Assembly: GCA_964016885.1 (NCBI GenBank)
Contig: OZ024741.1
Coordinates: forward strand, 58,590,001-58,654,000
Source of the DNA: Eledone cirrhosa
Taxonomy: Eukaryota
Direction: 5' to 3'
DNA length: 64,000 nt
Shown here: positions 41,401 to 53,113 of the stretch, one piece after another
Layout: every line of letters starts with the position of its first letter
Numbering within the stretch: position 1 is the stretch's first letter
The notes under the pieces: model-generated
Databases searched by the model: none
Told to the model about the DNA's origin: nothing
The model's input: only the letters and a program-made list of their open reading frames with translations
Position numbers and translations under genes: made by a program

Positions 41401-43663
41401 TGTATAGAAGAATATTTTGATGACGAACGTTCCAGTTGTTCAAACAATGAAACAGCCTTCTCATGAAAGTGGCTGAGCATTTCACACACGTGCACTCTTA
41501 ACTGATTTCTCAGGGAGATTCAGTTGTACAACATGTTATAAGGCTGGCTCTTTGAATCACAAGTACAACTCAGCTTTTGCCAGCTGAGTGGAATGGAGCT
41601 ATATGAAATAAAGTGTCTTGCCAAAGAATCAAACTCATGATCTTACAATAATGAGCCAATTACCCTAACTGCTATACACATATACACATTTCTTACATTA
41701 CTCATTTACATTGAAATGGGTATGCAGCAACACATATGTGTTATCAACAGTAATTGTTTCCTTATCAACTCTGTTATATAACTTGACATTTACTTGTCAA
41801 ATATTTTGTTTACAACCACATTTGTAAATTACATTCAATAAACTGTTAAATCTGCCTGGCAATTTGGGTGGTTGTTAAATAGACAACTTTTCAAATATGT
41901 CCTTTCTATATTTTTTTAATAATATACTACAATGTCTTATTTTAAACATATAATTTAGAGTAGAGAGGAAGTATGTGCATTAGTAGATGAGGTTAATCTA
42001 CTGAACTGGTACATGAAATGTGAAATGTTCAAATTTCCGTACAGCCTTCGCTCGCTTGCTCACACACACACACACACACTCTCATTCAGGCTGCATGTGT
42101 ATATACTACTATGCTACTAGGTGCAAATTACATTTGATAGCTGTGAAAATATTTGCTTCAGTTATTCACAAAATTAGTGTTCATGAACAATGAAACAGAT
42201 AAGTTGAGAGAAAAACTGGGTAAATGAGGAACCATATGTAGTATGGGGGAGAGATACTAAACTGCCTAAAAATCTCCCTGGTTCTATGATTCAAAATAGT
42301 TTTTTTTAAAGTGTCAATATTTATTTAAAAACCTTCCATTGTAATTTTTTGTGAAAGTTAATTATTTTACTGAATCCTTCTAAATTTTTTATTTTCAAAA
42401 TGAATTGCAAATTACATGTAGTCTTTCATTAGAAATATGATACCAAAAGTGTTAAATAATCCATGGATATAAAAAAAAATGGAAATAATCATCATCATAA
42501 TCATCTTCGTTTAACGTCCATCTTCCACGCTAGCATGGGTTAGACGGATAATAATAAGTTGTTATTTTTTAACTGTGTTAATTTGATCTTTAAAACTCAA
42601 TTAACTTCATAAACATAATTTTGAATCTATAAAATTTGTATGTTTTAACTTTTGCTCAAATGTTATTCACAGGAAAACAAAGATGTATTCTTGAATAACC
42701 ATTCCTTTTCACTGTCTTCTATCAATAGTGCTTGCCAATTATTGACTTGTTTATGGAGAATATCAATTATTTCAATTGTGTTGCCAATTTTCCTCTTCAT
42801 TTTCTATTCCACAGCAATGTTTTTGATATGCTTCAACTATAATTAATTCCTTAGAGTGACACTTTAACTATTCTAAAACTTCATTGTAACTTTACTGCAT
42901 TATCAAATATACTTTTATCATATTTAGTCAGTTTTTTAAAATATTTATGAATATCTTCTCTTGAGAAAAGAGACTTCATCTTGATAAATCTTGTAACTAA
43001 TACTCAAGTTCGTGTTGTCAACATGTACTGTACAACAGTTATTTTCAACACTGGTGAGACTCTCTTTGTATGTATATACTTTGTACAAAGCATATCACTC
43101 ATGTATTTTTGCTTCTACGCTTTGTTGACGCATGTGATCAGTACATAATTTCTTTCCCTTTCCTGTTTGGCTATTTTAGTCAAACCAACTTGGTGAGTGA
43201 ATATGCTTCCTTGAGGAGATTCAATAACATTGAAACATGTTCATTGCTTTCACTGAGGTCCATTCTCAAGATCAGTAAAGCTGAAGGTGTTCTCTTTTTT
43301 GTTTACTTCTCATTCCTGAACACCCTTAAAGAAAGTTTAAGTCTTGAAATTCTGAGGATAGTCTTGATTGATAGGAATTGTTCCTTATTTATCATATTCA
43401 GACATTGTGACTCCATTTGTATGTATATATTTTGTGTGGTAGACTAACTCAGTTGCCTGATTTAACACCTCCACCTGGCCCATGGAGGGACTTTAGTGGA
43501 GGTCACTCTGTTGCAAGCATTCAAACAAGGTCTCTGGTTTGAGGATATCTTCCTTTCACTAGTCAGAGACACTGCCCTAAAGAATTATAGGCACTGTCAT
43601 CTCTTTGACTATCCAATGTAAAATACTTTAAAATATCTCAATGTAAAATACTTTAAAATATAT

Positions 43664-43960
43664 GGAGGCATATGGCTTAGTGGTTAGAGCATTGGCCTTG
43701 CAATCGAAAGATTGTGAGTTCAATTCTCAGCCCGGTTGATGTATTGTTTCCTTGAGCAAGACACTTTATTTCACATTGCTCCAGTTTACTCAGCTGTAGA
43801 ATGAGATGATAGGGACTGGGGTCCCTATCATTCCACTGTAAAGTGTTCGTGGAGATACCACGGCAAAAAAGCACCCAGCACTCATTGTAAATGAGGTTGG
43901 TGTTAGGAAGGGCATCCAGCTGTAGAAATCAAGCCAGAATCAGTTCCCATCTAACCCTTG
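43664..43960 (+). mobile_element. tRNA-derived SINE with a CORE-like domain joined to an RTE-derived module
   Basis: tggcttagtgg A box, gagttcaattc B box, ccttgagcaagacacttt CORE-like segment, then ggtgttaggaagggcatccagc and ctaacccttgcaag. Confidence 0.7.
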
Positions 43961-44200
43961 CAAGGTCACAAAATGTGTGACGAAAGAACTTTGACAATAT
44001 ATAAACAACTATCTGGTTGTGGAACCAACCAACCTACCAGAAATTTAATTTATAAATTCCTAAATTTATAAATTTATTATAATAAATTGAAGTGAAACAA
44101 CTGGTGCGTGTGTTTCTTATTGGCAACATGACCCTCCCAAAGTATAACAATATTTATAAGTTATTTTACATTTAGAGTTAGTTTTGTCTTTCATCCATTA

Positions 44201-44335
44201 CAGGGTGTCCCAAAAGTCACTAAACTATTACACACGCATACATATACCTATATATCTTCATCATCATTTAACGTCCATCTTCCACGTTAGCATGGGTTAT
44301 ATATGTAATGGTGTGGTAACTTTTGGATCGCCCTG
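44201..44335. mobile_element. Tc1/mariner-type MITE with an RTE-tail insertion
   Basis: TA-cagggtgtcccaaaagtcac ... gtaacttttggatcgccctg-TA. The interior holds catcatcatttaacgtccatcttccacgttagcatggg. Confidence 0.75.
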
Positions 44336-44572
44336 TATCATACTTTTGAATTAAGTAGTGCTGATCTTTGAAATCATTCTTAATAATTATTATTATTAAT
44401 TTTTGTTTAACATAGGTACAAGGCCACAAATTTGAAAGTCTGCGTATTTGGTGTGTGTGGGGGCTTTTTGATGTGGTTGTTCCTGTACCTTTATTGAAAC
44501 GTGTGTGTGTGTGTTTGGATGTGTATATATTTGAGCAGATGTGTGTGTAGGAAGTGAGTTTGTTTTTCTATT

Positions 44573-45877
44573 TCAAGGAGAATGCAATGCTCGGGTGTGT
44601 TTTGACAAAGTGGAAGAATGTGTGAAAGTTTTTTCACAATGTTGGCACTGAAATGGCCTCTCACCCGAATGTGTCCTCAAGTGTGAGTGGAGGTTAGATG
44701 AAACAGAAAATGTCTTGCAGCACAGGGGACACTCAAAAGGCTTCTCTCCAGAATGTTTTCGCTAGTGGAGTGCCAGATTGGAAGCCTGTGCAAACCTCTT
44801 GTGGCAGATTGAACATAGAAAAGGTTTCTCCCTGGTGTGAGTTCAGATGTGTCGAGTTAATGTCGAAGATAAGGCAAATGTACGAGAACAGATATCACAC
44901 TGGAATGGTTTCTCACCTGAATGAACACGACCATGTTTCCATAGTGTTGAAGAATGAGTGGATGTCTTCTCGCAAACCGAGCATTTGAAAGGCTTCTCTC
45001 CTGAGTGTACGCGCATGTGGGCTGTCAAATTGGCCACCGTTGAGAAGCGTTTATCACAAAAATCGCATGTATAAGGTCGCGCTGCAGAATGTGTCCTCAT
45101 GTGCTTCCACCTGGTGGAGGAATGCGAAAAAGCTTTCATACATACACGGCATCTGTATGGCTTTTCTCCAGAATGAACTCTTATGTGCTGAGACAGAATG
45201 GGAGAAGGACTTATTACAAACTGAACACGTGTGCGGTCTTTCCCCAGAATGTGTCTTGAGGTGAGATGTTAAGTTTGATGGCATTGAAAAGCTTTTGTTA
45301 CACTGATTACATATGTATGGCTTCAGACCAGACGTGTGCTTCGAGCGGACATGTTTGGATAGGGTCGAAGAATGGGCAAAAGCTGTTAGACACACTTGAC
45401 AGGAGAAAGGTTTTTCACCAGAATGAACCCTTGAGTGAACACGTAGGTTTGCAGCAGTGGAGAAACTTTTGTCGCACACCGTACATTTGTACAGCCTTAG
45501 GCCTGAGTGGCATTTTACATGTCGAGAAAGGCTTGAGGTGTGAGCAAAAGATTTGTTGCAAATATTGCAGGTTATTGATTGCCGATCAATTTTATTAACA
45601 AATTCAGAGGTCAAGTGTTGCAGATGTGATCCACTGTGCTCATCCAGTTTCTTCGGCAATACATGGGTCTCTAAGTGTTTGAGTAAGTTAGAGCCATGAC
45701 TGAATGTCTTGTTGCACCAGTTACATGTGTAAGGAAAAGGCATAGAATGGCTGCGTTTATGTCTGTAAAGGCTAGAGGAGTGGTTGAAACATTTCCCACA
45801 TTCTGAACACATGAAGGGCTGCTCTATGACAGTTTTAGTTAACGCTAAGGAAGATTCAGCAAGGACAGACATCACAG
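44573..45877 (-). pseudogene. C2H2 zinc-finger gene/exon with 14 fingers, disrupted
   Basis: Joining ORFs 45054-45875 and 44843-45139 and reading on to TGA at 44573-44575 gives 14 CxxC..H...H fingers, most with (S/T)GE(K/R)P-type linkers. Lesions: an 8-nt deletion in finger 7 (~45192), in-frame TGA at 44843-44845 and TAG at 44762-44764. There is a candidate acceptor atatcag| at 45878 and an ATG at 45872. Confidence 0.88.
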
Positions 45878-46151
45878 CTGATATTTATGTCCTAATTTTT
45901 TTTTGTACTTTTAAGAATTATTAATTATTTATATTTGCTTAGCAAATGATCTTTAGGTGAGAAGAAATACCAAGAACCTCTCTCGCAGTGGAAGGAAGCT
46001 GCAGTAGAGGAAGGTCGAGGAAAATCTGGAGAGAGTTGATCTCAAAATGATCAATGATCCTTACAGAGAAGACAACAAAGGAATGCAAAGTTTGGATGGG
46101 GGTTGTGCTGGAAAAGACCCTCCAAATCATGCAAACTTCGGAAATGGACAT

Positions 46152-49100
46152 ATCATCATCATCATCATCATTTTACGTCCGCTTTTCCCTGCTTGCAAGG
46201 GTGGGACGGGCCTTATTCAGCACAGCATCTCTCCACTCGTCACGGTCCCTCGTCATCTCCACCGTGAGCTTCAATGATCTGAGGTCTGTTCTCACCACCT
46301 CCGCCCATGTTTTTCGTGGTCTACCTCTACCACGTCTTCCTTCAACTGGCATTTCCTGGCACTTCTTCACCCATCGGTCATCCTCCATGCGCATCACATG
46401 TCCATACCACCTCAGTCTCCTCTCCCGTACACTACATTCTATCCCTCTCAGACACAGTTTCTCTCTCAACACATTTATGCTGGGTCGTTCACGCACATTT
46501 ACACTGCACATCCAACGGAGCATGCTTGCCTCATTTTTCTCCAGCCGTCGCATATCTTCTGCGGTTGCTGCCCATGTCTCACTACCATGCAGCATCGCGC
46601 TCCTCACACAGGCATCATACAACCGACCTTTCGTACGCAGGGAGAAACCCTTCGTCAACAGAGGAAGCAGCTCCCTAAACTTCTTCCAACCCGTCCTTAT
46701 TCTAGATACTATGGCCTCGGAACACCCTCCTCCCATGCTAATCTGATCTCCTAGGTACCGGAAGCTATCCACCACTTCTATAGCGCCCTCTCGCATTTGA
46801 AAAATGTGTCTATCAGTGCGACTTCTACTGTCTAATTTCCCTGTACATCTACTGCATACATATTTCTCCCTACCTGTTAGTTTGCCTGCTATCCCGCTAC
46901 ATCTCTTGTGTACCCAGGACCTGCATTGTGTGCATTTTATAGAATTTATGTCAGTTCCTTTTCTGCATATCGAACATGGCCATTTCCCTGACGGAATCAG
47001 GGTTTTGTTCTCTTTTCTACTCATCAACACTTTTGTCTTAGCTAGATTTACTCTCAGTCCTCTTGCTTCCAACTGCTGTTTCCATAGCCGGAATTTATTC
47101 TCTAGCTCCTCTACTGATTCTGCCATAAGAGCCAGATCGTCAGCATAGAGAAGTTCCCATGGACAGCCAGTCTTAAACTCCTCTGTTATAGCTTGGAGGA
47201 CTATAATGAACAAGAGCGGGCTGAGGACCGAACCTTGATGTACTCCTACTTGTATCTGGAATTCCTCACTAAACTCCATTCCTACCCTGACTTTACTGAG
47301 AGTACCTCTGTACAAAGTTTGCACTGTCCTCACAAGCCATTCCTCAACACCCAGCTTCCTTAGGGACCACCAGATGACAGATCGGGGTACCCTATCAAAG
47401 GCCTTCTCAGGTCAACAAAGGCTAAGTATAGTGGCTTATTCTTCTCTAAGAACCTCTCTTGCATTTGTCTCACCAAGAAGAGGGCATCTGTTGTACTCTT
47501 CTCAGGCACAAAACCAAACTGCATCTCATCTAGTTTGACCCTTTCTCTAATTAGTTGTGGTAAAATCCTTTCTGCCACTTTCATAACCTGATCTATCAGT
47601 TTTATACCCCTATAATTGCTCCTCTCCAAAGCATCCCCTTTACCTTTGTAGCAATTTATGAGAATACTGCTGCACCAGTCTTTGGGTATGACACCACCAT
47701 ATATAGCCTGATTGATGATGCGTGCAACCAGTTTAGTGCCTACGTCCCCTGATGCCTTCAGCATCTCAGCAACTATTCCCGATGGTCCGGCCGCCTTACC
47801 ATTTTTCATTTCCCTAATCGCCTCTTGGACCCTATATTCGTCAATCTCAATAGCTGGTCCCTCTGTCGGATCTACCAAGGGTAATTTCTCTCTCTCCCAT
47901 TCGTTCTCCACATTCATCAGTCTCTCATAATGACATTTCCAGGCCTCCTTTTTCTGGTCATTCGTGACACTAAGTACACCGGCATCATCCCGGACACATT
48001 TATCACCAACAACATCCTGATTTGCATTGACACACTGCCTTGCAATGTGGAACACCGCACGCCTCTGATCTTCCTGTCGCAGAACATTGGCAAACCTCCT
48101 ACTCTCTGCCTCCCTGCGTGCTAAGTACACCTGACGTCTAGCTTCTCTCTTAGTGGCTGTATATTCTTCCCTACTCCCACCCTTTTTCCAAGCCTTCCAT
48201 GCTAGTCTTTTGTCTCTAATAGCCTTATCTACTGTGCTGTTCCACCACCAGGTCACTCTCTGTCTGGTTGGAGCTCTGCTCCAGCCACAGGTTTCATCAG
48301 TAGCCTTCAGCAAGTTGTCACGTAAGAACTTCCAGTTATTATCTATGTCATACGTCTCTAAATCGTCTTCTTTTTCGTCATATACATCTTGAAGGGCTTT
48401 CCTAAATTTGAATTTTAGTGAAAGGTCTTTGAGCTTCCAGACCTTTCTTCTCCACACCTTCCTATATGTCTCATTCCATCTCTTGCTTACTGAGATATCA
48501 CTAACAACTAACCTATGCTGTAGGGTACATTCTTCCCCAGGGTATGCCTTGGTATTAGACACTATCTGCCTGTCCCGCTGCCTAACTAGCAGGAAGTCAA
48601 TCTGGCTTATGTGCTCACCAGATTTGTAGGTTATTAGGTGATTGGCAGGTTTCTGGAAGTTTGTGTCACAAAATTCAAGAAGTCTCACTCCTTCTTCATT
48701 TCTTGAACCGTAACCGTGCCCACCATGTACCCCTGTGTAACCATCCTGGAGCTGTCCAACATGACCATTGAAGTCTCCTGCTAGCATAACGATGTCTCCG
48801 TCCTCTGTCATTGTGGTTGTTTGCAAAAGTTGCTCATAAAAGCAGTCTTTCTCATCTTTGCCTAGGCCTGCTTGGGGAGCATAGACCGAGATGATTGTCA
48901 GTAGTCTCCTACCTACAACTAATCTAAGCTTAATTATTCGATTACTAACTCGAACTACCTCTATTGTCTTATTGATCCATTTCTCAGCCAGGAAAATGCC
49001 TACTCCCCCCTAACCCATCATCCTTACCTACCCAGAATAGCTTATAGCTAAGACGCTTGCCTACGACTAGTCTCGCAGAGGCACCTCTCCATCTCACCTC

Positions 49101-49400
49101 TTGCACGCAGCACACATCCACCTGCCTTCTCTCCAGCATCTCCGCTATTTCAGCAGATCTACCTCTGAGAGTGCCAACATTAAGTGTTGTAACTCTGAGA
49201 TGCGACGTCTTCATATTTTTCTATGCTGTTTTGTTGCTGTGCTGATAAGCTTTTTGGCATTGATACACTGGTTGGATGCCCTTCTTAACACCAGCGCCAC
49301 TTTACAGCATGGACTGGGTGCTTTTATTTGTGCCACCAGCACTAGAGAGGATGTCTTACTAGACTCAAGGGCCCTCTCTACCCCTCCATTTTACAGCATG
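46152..49400 (-). mobile_element. Near-full-length RTE-clade non-LTR retrotransposon (single ORF: APE endonuclease + reverse transcriptase)
   Basis: The ORF runs 49214 to 46173. APE motifs: TLNVGTL, CVQEVRW, YAPQ, GDFNGHVG, QIDF. RT motifs: NYRGIKL, QFGF, GVHQGSVLSPLLF, LLYADD, FRYLG. RTE C-terminus: RRLRWYGHVMRM..RGRPRKTW. It has a (ATG)n tail, 1-nt frameshifts near 49005 and 47410, and an approximate 5' boundary. Confidence 0.95.
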
Positions 49401-49624
49401 GTCATTAAAAAAAAAAAACTTATTGACACGACTCACACACCAATACTCATGCATACAAACCACAACCACACATACCAACACTCATTCATGCATACAATCA
49501 CACACACCACTCACAAACATATATATATATACATATATTACCGACAGTACTGATACAAAATCAAAATCGTCAAAATCACTATCATGTCAACTGTTGACCT
49601 TTCCCAGTCCAGTTCGGCTTGTAT

Positions 49625-49945
49625 ATAATAACAATAACAATAATAATTGTTTGCTTTACGCTGGTAATGGCGGTGGTGGATGGTGTCAGTGTGGTGGTGG
49701 TGGATGGTATCAGCGTGGTGGTGGTGGATGGTCAGTGATGGTGGTGGCAGTTGTTGGTGCTGTAGTTGTTATTGTAGTTGTTGTTGTCCTTCATTTCACT
49801 GCTGCTGTTACTGCAGACAATGGTGTTGATGCTGTTATTGCTGTCGCATATATACAAATACATACACACACATTCAACACAGACGATGGTGTTGTTGTTG
49901 TTGTTGTTGGTGTTGTTGCTGTTGTTGTTGTAGTTGTTGCTGTGT
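49625..49945. repeat. Mixed triplet repeats (TAA, GGT, GTT)
   Basis: Seen directly. Confidence 0.85.
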
Positions 49946-50275
49946 TGAAATCTGGTCGCATCCACTGAGATATACATATACACACACATACACATATATA
50001 TATGTATATACACATACATACATCAAAAGAGAGTCAGCAGTATGTCAACAGGGGACAGGACAGCGACCTTAGAGTAATGTGGTGATGGTGGGGAGCGAGT
50101 GTAGGCGTTATTGTTATTGTGGTGACGGGGGGATCAGTGAGATGTTACAAGTTCATAGATCACTTCTCTCTTTTCCTCTCTCTTCAAAATTTTGAATTTA
50201 TGGCCTTTTGCAATGGCGGACAAGTATATATAATATATATATATGAAGCAAAGAAAAGAAAATTTTCACTGATAT

Positions 50276-50559
50276 GAAAGATTTCCTGGTAGAAGTTCAG
50301 GTGTATCCAGTTTCGGGGTATCCAATTAGAAAATCCAACGAATCTTTAAGAGGGGTCCACGCAACCATTGATATATATATCTATATATGTAAAATGCAAG
50401 CAGAAATAACAACGAAAGATTTCCTGGTAGAAGTTCAGGTGTATCCAGTGTTGGGGTATCCAATTAGAAAATCCAACGAATTTTTGAGAGGGGTCCACGC
50501 AAGCATATATATAGATATATATATGTATATATGCAAAATGCAAGCAGAAATAACAACAC
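50276..50559 (+). repeat. Tandem duplication of a ~140-bp unit
   Basis: gaaagatttcctggtagaagttcagg..aaaatgcaagcagaaataacaac occurs twice with few differences. Confidence 0.9.
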
Positions 50560-50671
50560 ATATACTAATGAACATACATTAAACACAGAGGGACTGTAAA
50601 TGATAATAGCAATATCTAGATATAAATATATAAATGTACATATCTCTATTGGTCTCATAAATTTTAAATTT

Positions 50672-50706
<35 letters not shown>

Positions 50707-50813
50707 AATTAAGTTAAAGATGTACATCCATATATGTATACTGAAATACTAGTATGTATATGAATACACACACGTATACATCATATATATATATATATAT
50801 GTGTGTATATATA

Positions 50814-50880
<67 letters not shown>

Positions 50881-51094
50881 GTGTATATATATATATATGT
50901 GTATATATATATATATATGTATATATATATGTATATATATGTGTGTATGTATATATATGTGTATATATATGTATATATGTGTGTATATATATATATGTAT
51001 ATATATGTGTATATATATGTATATATATATGTATATATATGTGTATATATATGTGTATATATATGTATATATATATATATGTATATATATGTGT

Positions 51095-51651
51095 ATCATC
51101 ATCATCATCATCATCAACGTTTAACGTCCGTGTTCCACGCTTGCATGGGTTTGGACGGGGGTAGTCCCACTTGAGGCAAGAGTGATTGTCTTGCTCGCAT
51201 AGGACTGTCTGGCAGGTTTTCTACAGTTGGATGCCCTTCCTAACACCAACCACATTTACAGTGTGGGTCTGGGAGGTTTTTACCGTGTTGCCTACACGGC
51301 CACATTACAGCGTGGACTGTGTGTTTTTTTGTCGTGACACCTACACGATCTCATTTGTTTCGGCCTGGATGGCGCGGCACCAACATAACTTTACATAGAA
51401 CGGGGTGGTGTGGATGGGGTGGGGGTGGCGGCGGGAGGGGTGTATTTTGTTAGAGATGCCTACTGGCAAGGCGGGTCTTCTCTGTTACTGAGTACCGCCA
51501 AAGGTCACGGTCCAGTGACATTGTCTTGGAGAGGTGTAAGTGTGTGAGGTCGGAGTTTATCAGCTCATCCCATGTTTTTCTAGGTCTGCCTATTCCGTGG
51601 CTACCGTCTATCTTTATTGCCCTGCACTTTGTAATACAGCTATCGACTTTC
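51095..51651 (-). mobile_element. 3' fragment of the long-3'UTR RTE subfamily
   Basis: Near-identical to 53112-53660; encodes RPRKTWDELINSDL on the minus strand. Confidence 0.9.
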
Positions 51652-52213
51652 TAGTGAAGGCTCTCATGTGGTTTGTGGAAAGACAGATGTGACATCTGGT
51701 TTTCCTCTCTTCCACTCAAAAACTGGAAGAATTATACTGCCTGGAAGATGTATTTGCTCTAGGATGGTGTCTACATTCCTTTGCGTTTTTTGCATAGGAT
51801 TTCAAACCCCATTCTCGACCAATTTTCTTTGTTAGTATGGTAGACCTCAAATGTATATATGTGTATATATATATATGTATATATATGTGTATATATATAT
51901 ATATGTGTATATATATATGTATATATATGTGTATATATATATGTGTATATATATATATATATATGTGTATATATATATATATATGTATATATGTGTGTAT
52001 ATATATATATGTATATATGTGTGTATATATATATATATATGTATATATATGTGTATATATATATATATATGTGTGTATATATATATATATGTGTGTATAT
52101 ATATATATATATGTGTATATATGTATATATATGTATATGTATATATATATATATGTATATGTATATATATATATGTATATGTATATATATATATGTATAT
52201 ATATATATGTATA

Positions 52214-52762
52214 TATTATTAAGTGTAATGAATTCTTTTACAATGGAATTAGCTCGAAGGAGGAAATACCCCTGAGCCGTGTATAAACTAATATATATGA
52301 TGAAACACAGATACCAACACATCTGTATTTATATTGCAAAAGAAAATTTAGCCAGAATGAAGTAAACTAATTATTATACTACAGTTTGTCCATATCGATT
52401 TAAAATAATAAATCAACAAAGACGAACTGCATTGCCAAATGGCTATGATGTTTAGACACATTTAAATTTCAGAATCAAACCTGTTCCGTAGATAAGTTTA
52501 AACTTTAAAATCCAAATATGTTTCGAGATGAATAAGTGTAGGAATATCATGTCCTGCTCTCCTCAGTAAACATCCAGGGACAAATTGATATGCTTCACTT
52601 CTAAATAATTTAAAAGACTGTGTAACGCACATGGTTTATAGTTTCTAGCTAGTCTCATAACCGTACTGCTAGAAATAACAGTCGTATATATGAGGCAACG
52701 TTCAGCTCAGCCTAGGAGCAGTTATATTATTAAGTGTAATGAATTCTTTTACAATGGAATTA
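52214..52762. mobile_element. ~550-bp element with ~38-bp direct terminal repeats, inserted in (TA)n; Penelope pLTR-like
   Basis: tattattaagtgtaatgaattcttttacaatggaatta at both ends; an internal minus-strand CTGAGGA-GAG..CTC-GAAAC. Confidence 0.55.
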
Positions 52763-52856
52763 TGTATATATGTATATATATATATATATATATGTATATG
52801 TATATATGTATATATGTATATGTATATATATGTATATATATATATATGTATATGTG

Positions 52857-52891
<35 letters not shown>

Positions 52892-52929
52892 GTATATATA
52901 TATGTATATGTATATATATATATATGTAT

Positions 52930-53007
<78 letters not shown>

Positions 53008-53058
53008 GTATATATATATATGTATATATATGTATTTATATATATATGTATATATATG

Positions 53059-53111
<53 letters not shown>

Positions 53112-53113
<2 letters not shown>

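Larger units (their letters stand above)
50755..53112. repeat. (TA)n/(TATG)n tracts at 50755-51095, 51850-52214 and 52762-53112
   Basis: Seen directly; interleaved with the insertions listed above. Confidence 0.9.

Noticed and set aside
46054-48629. Plus-strand ORFs of 64-230 aa
   Set aside because: Antisense shadows of the RTE ORF.
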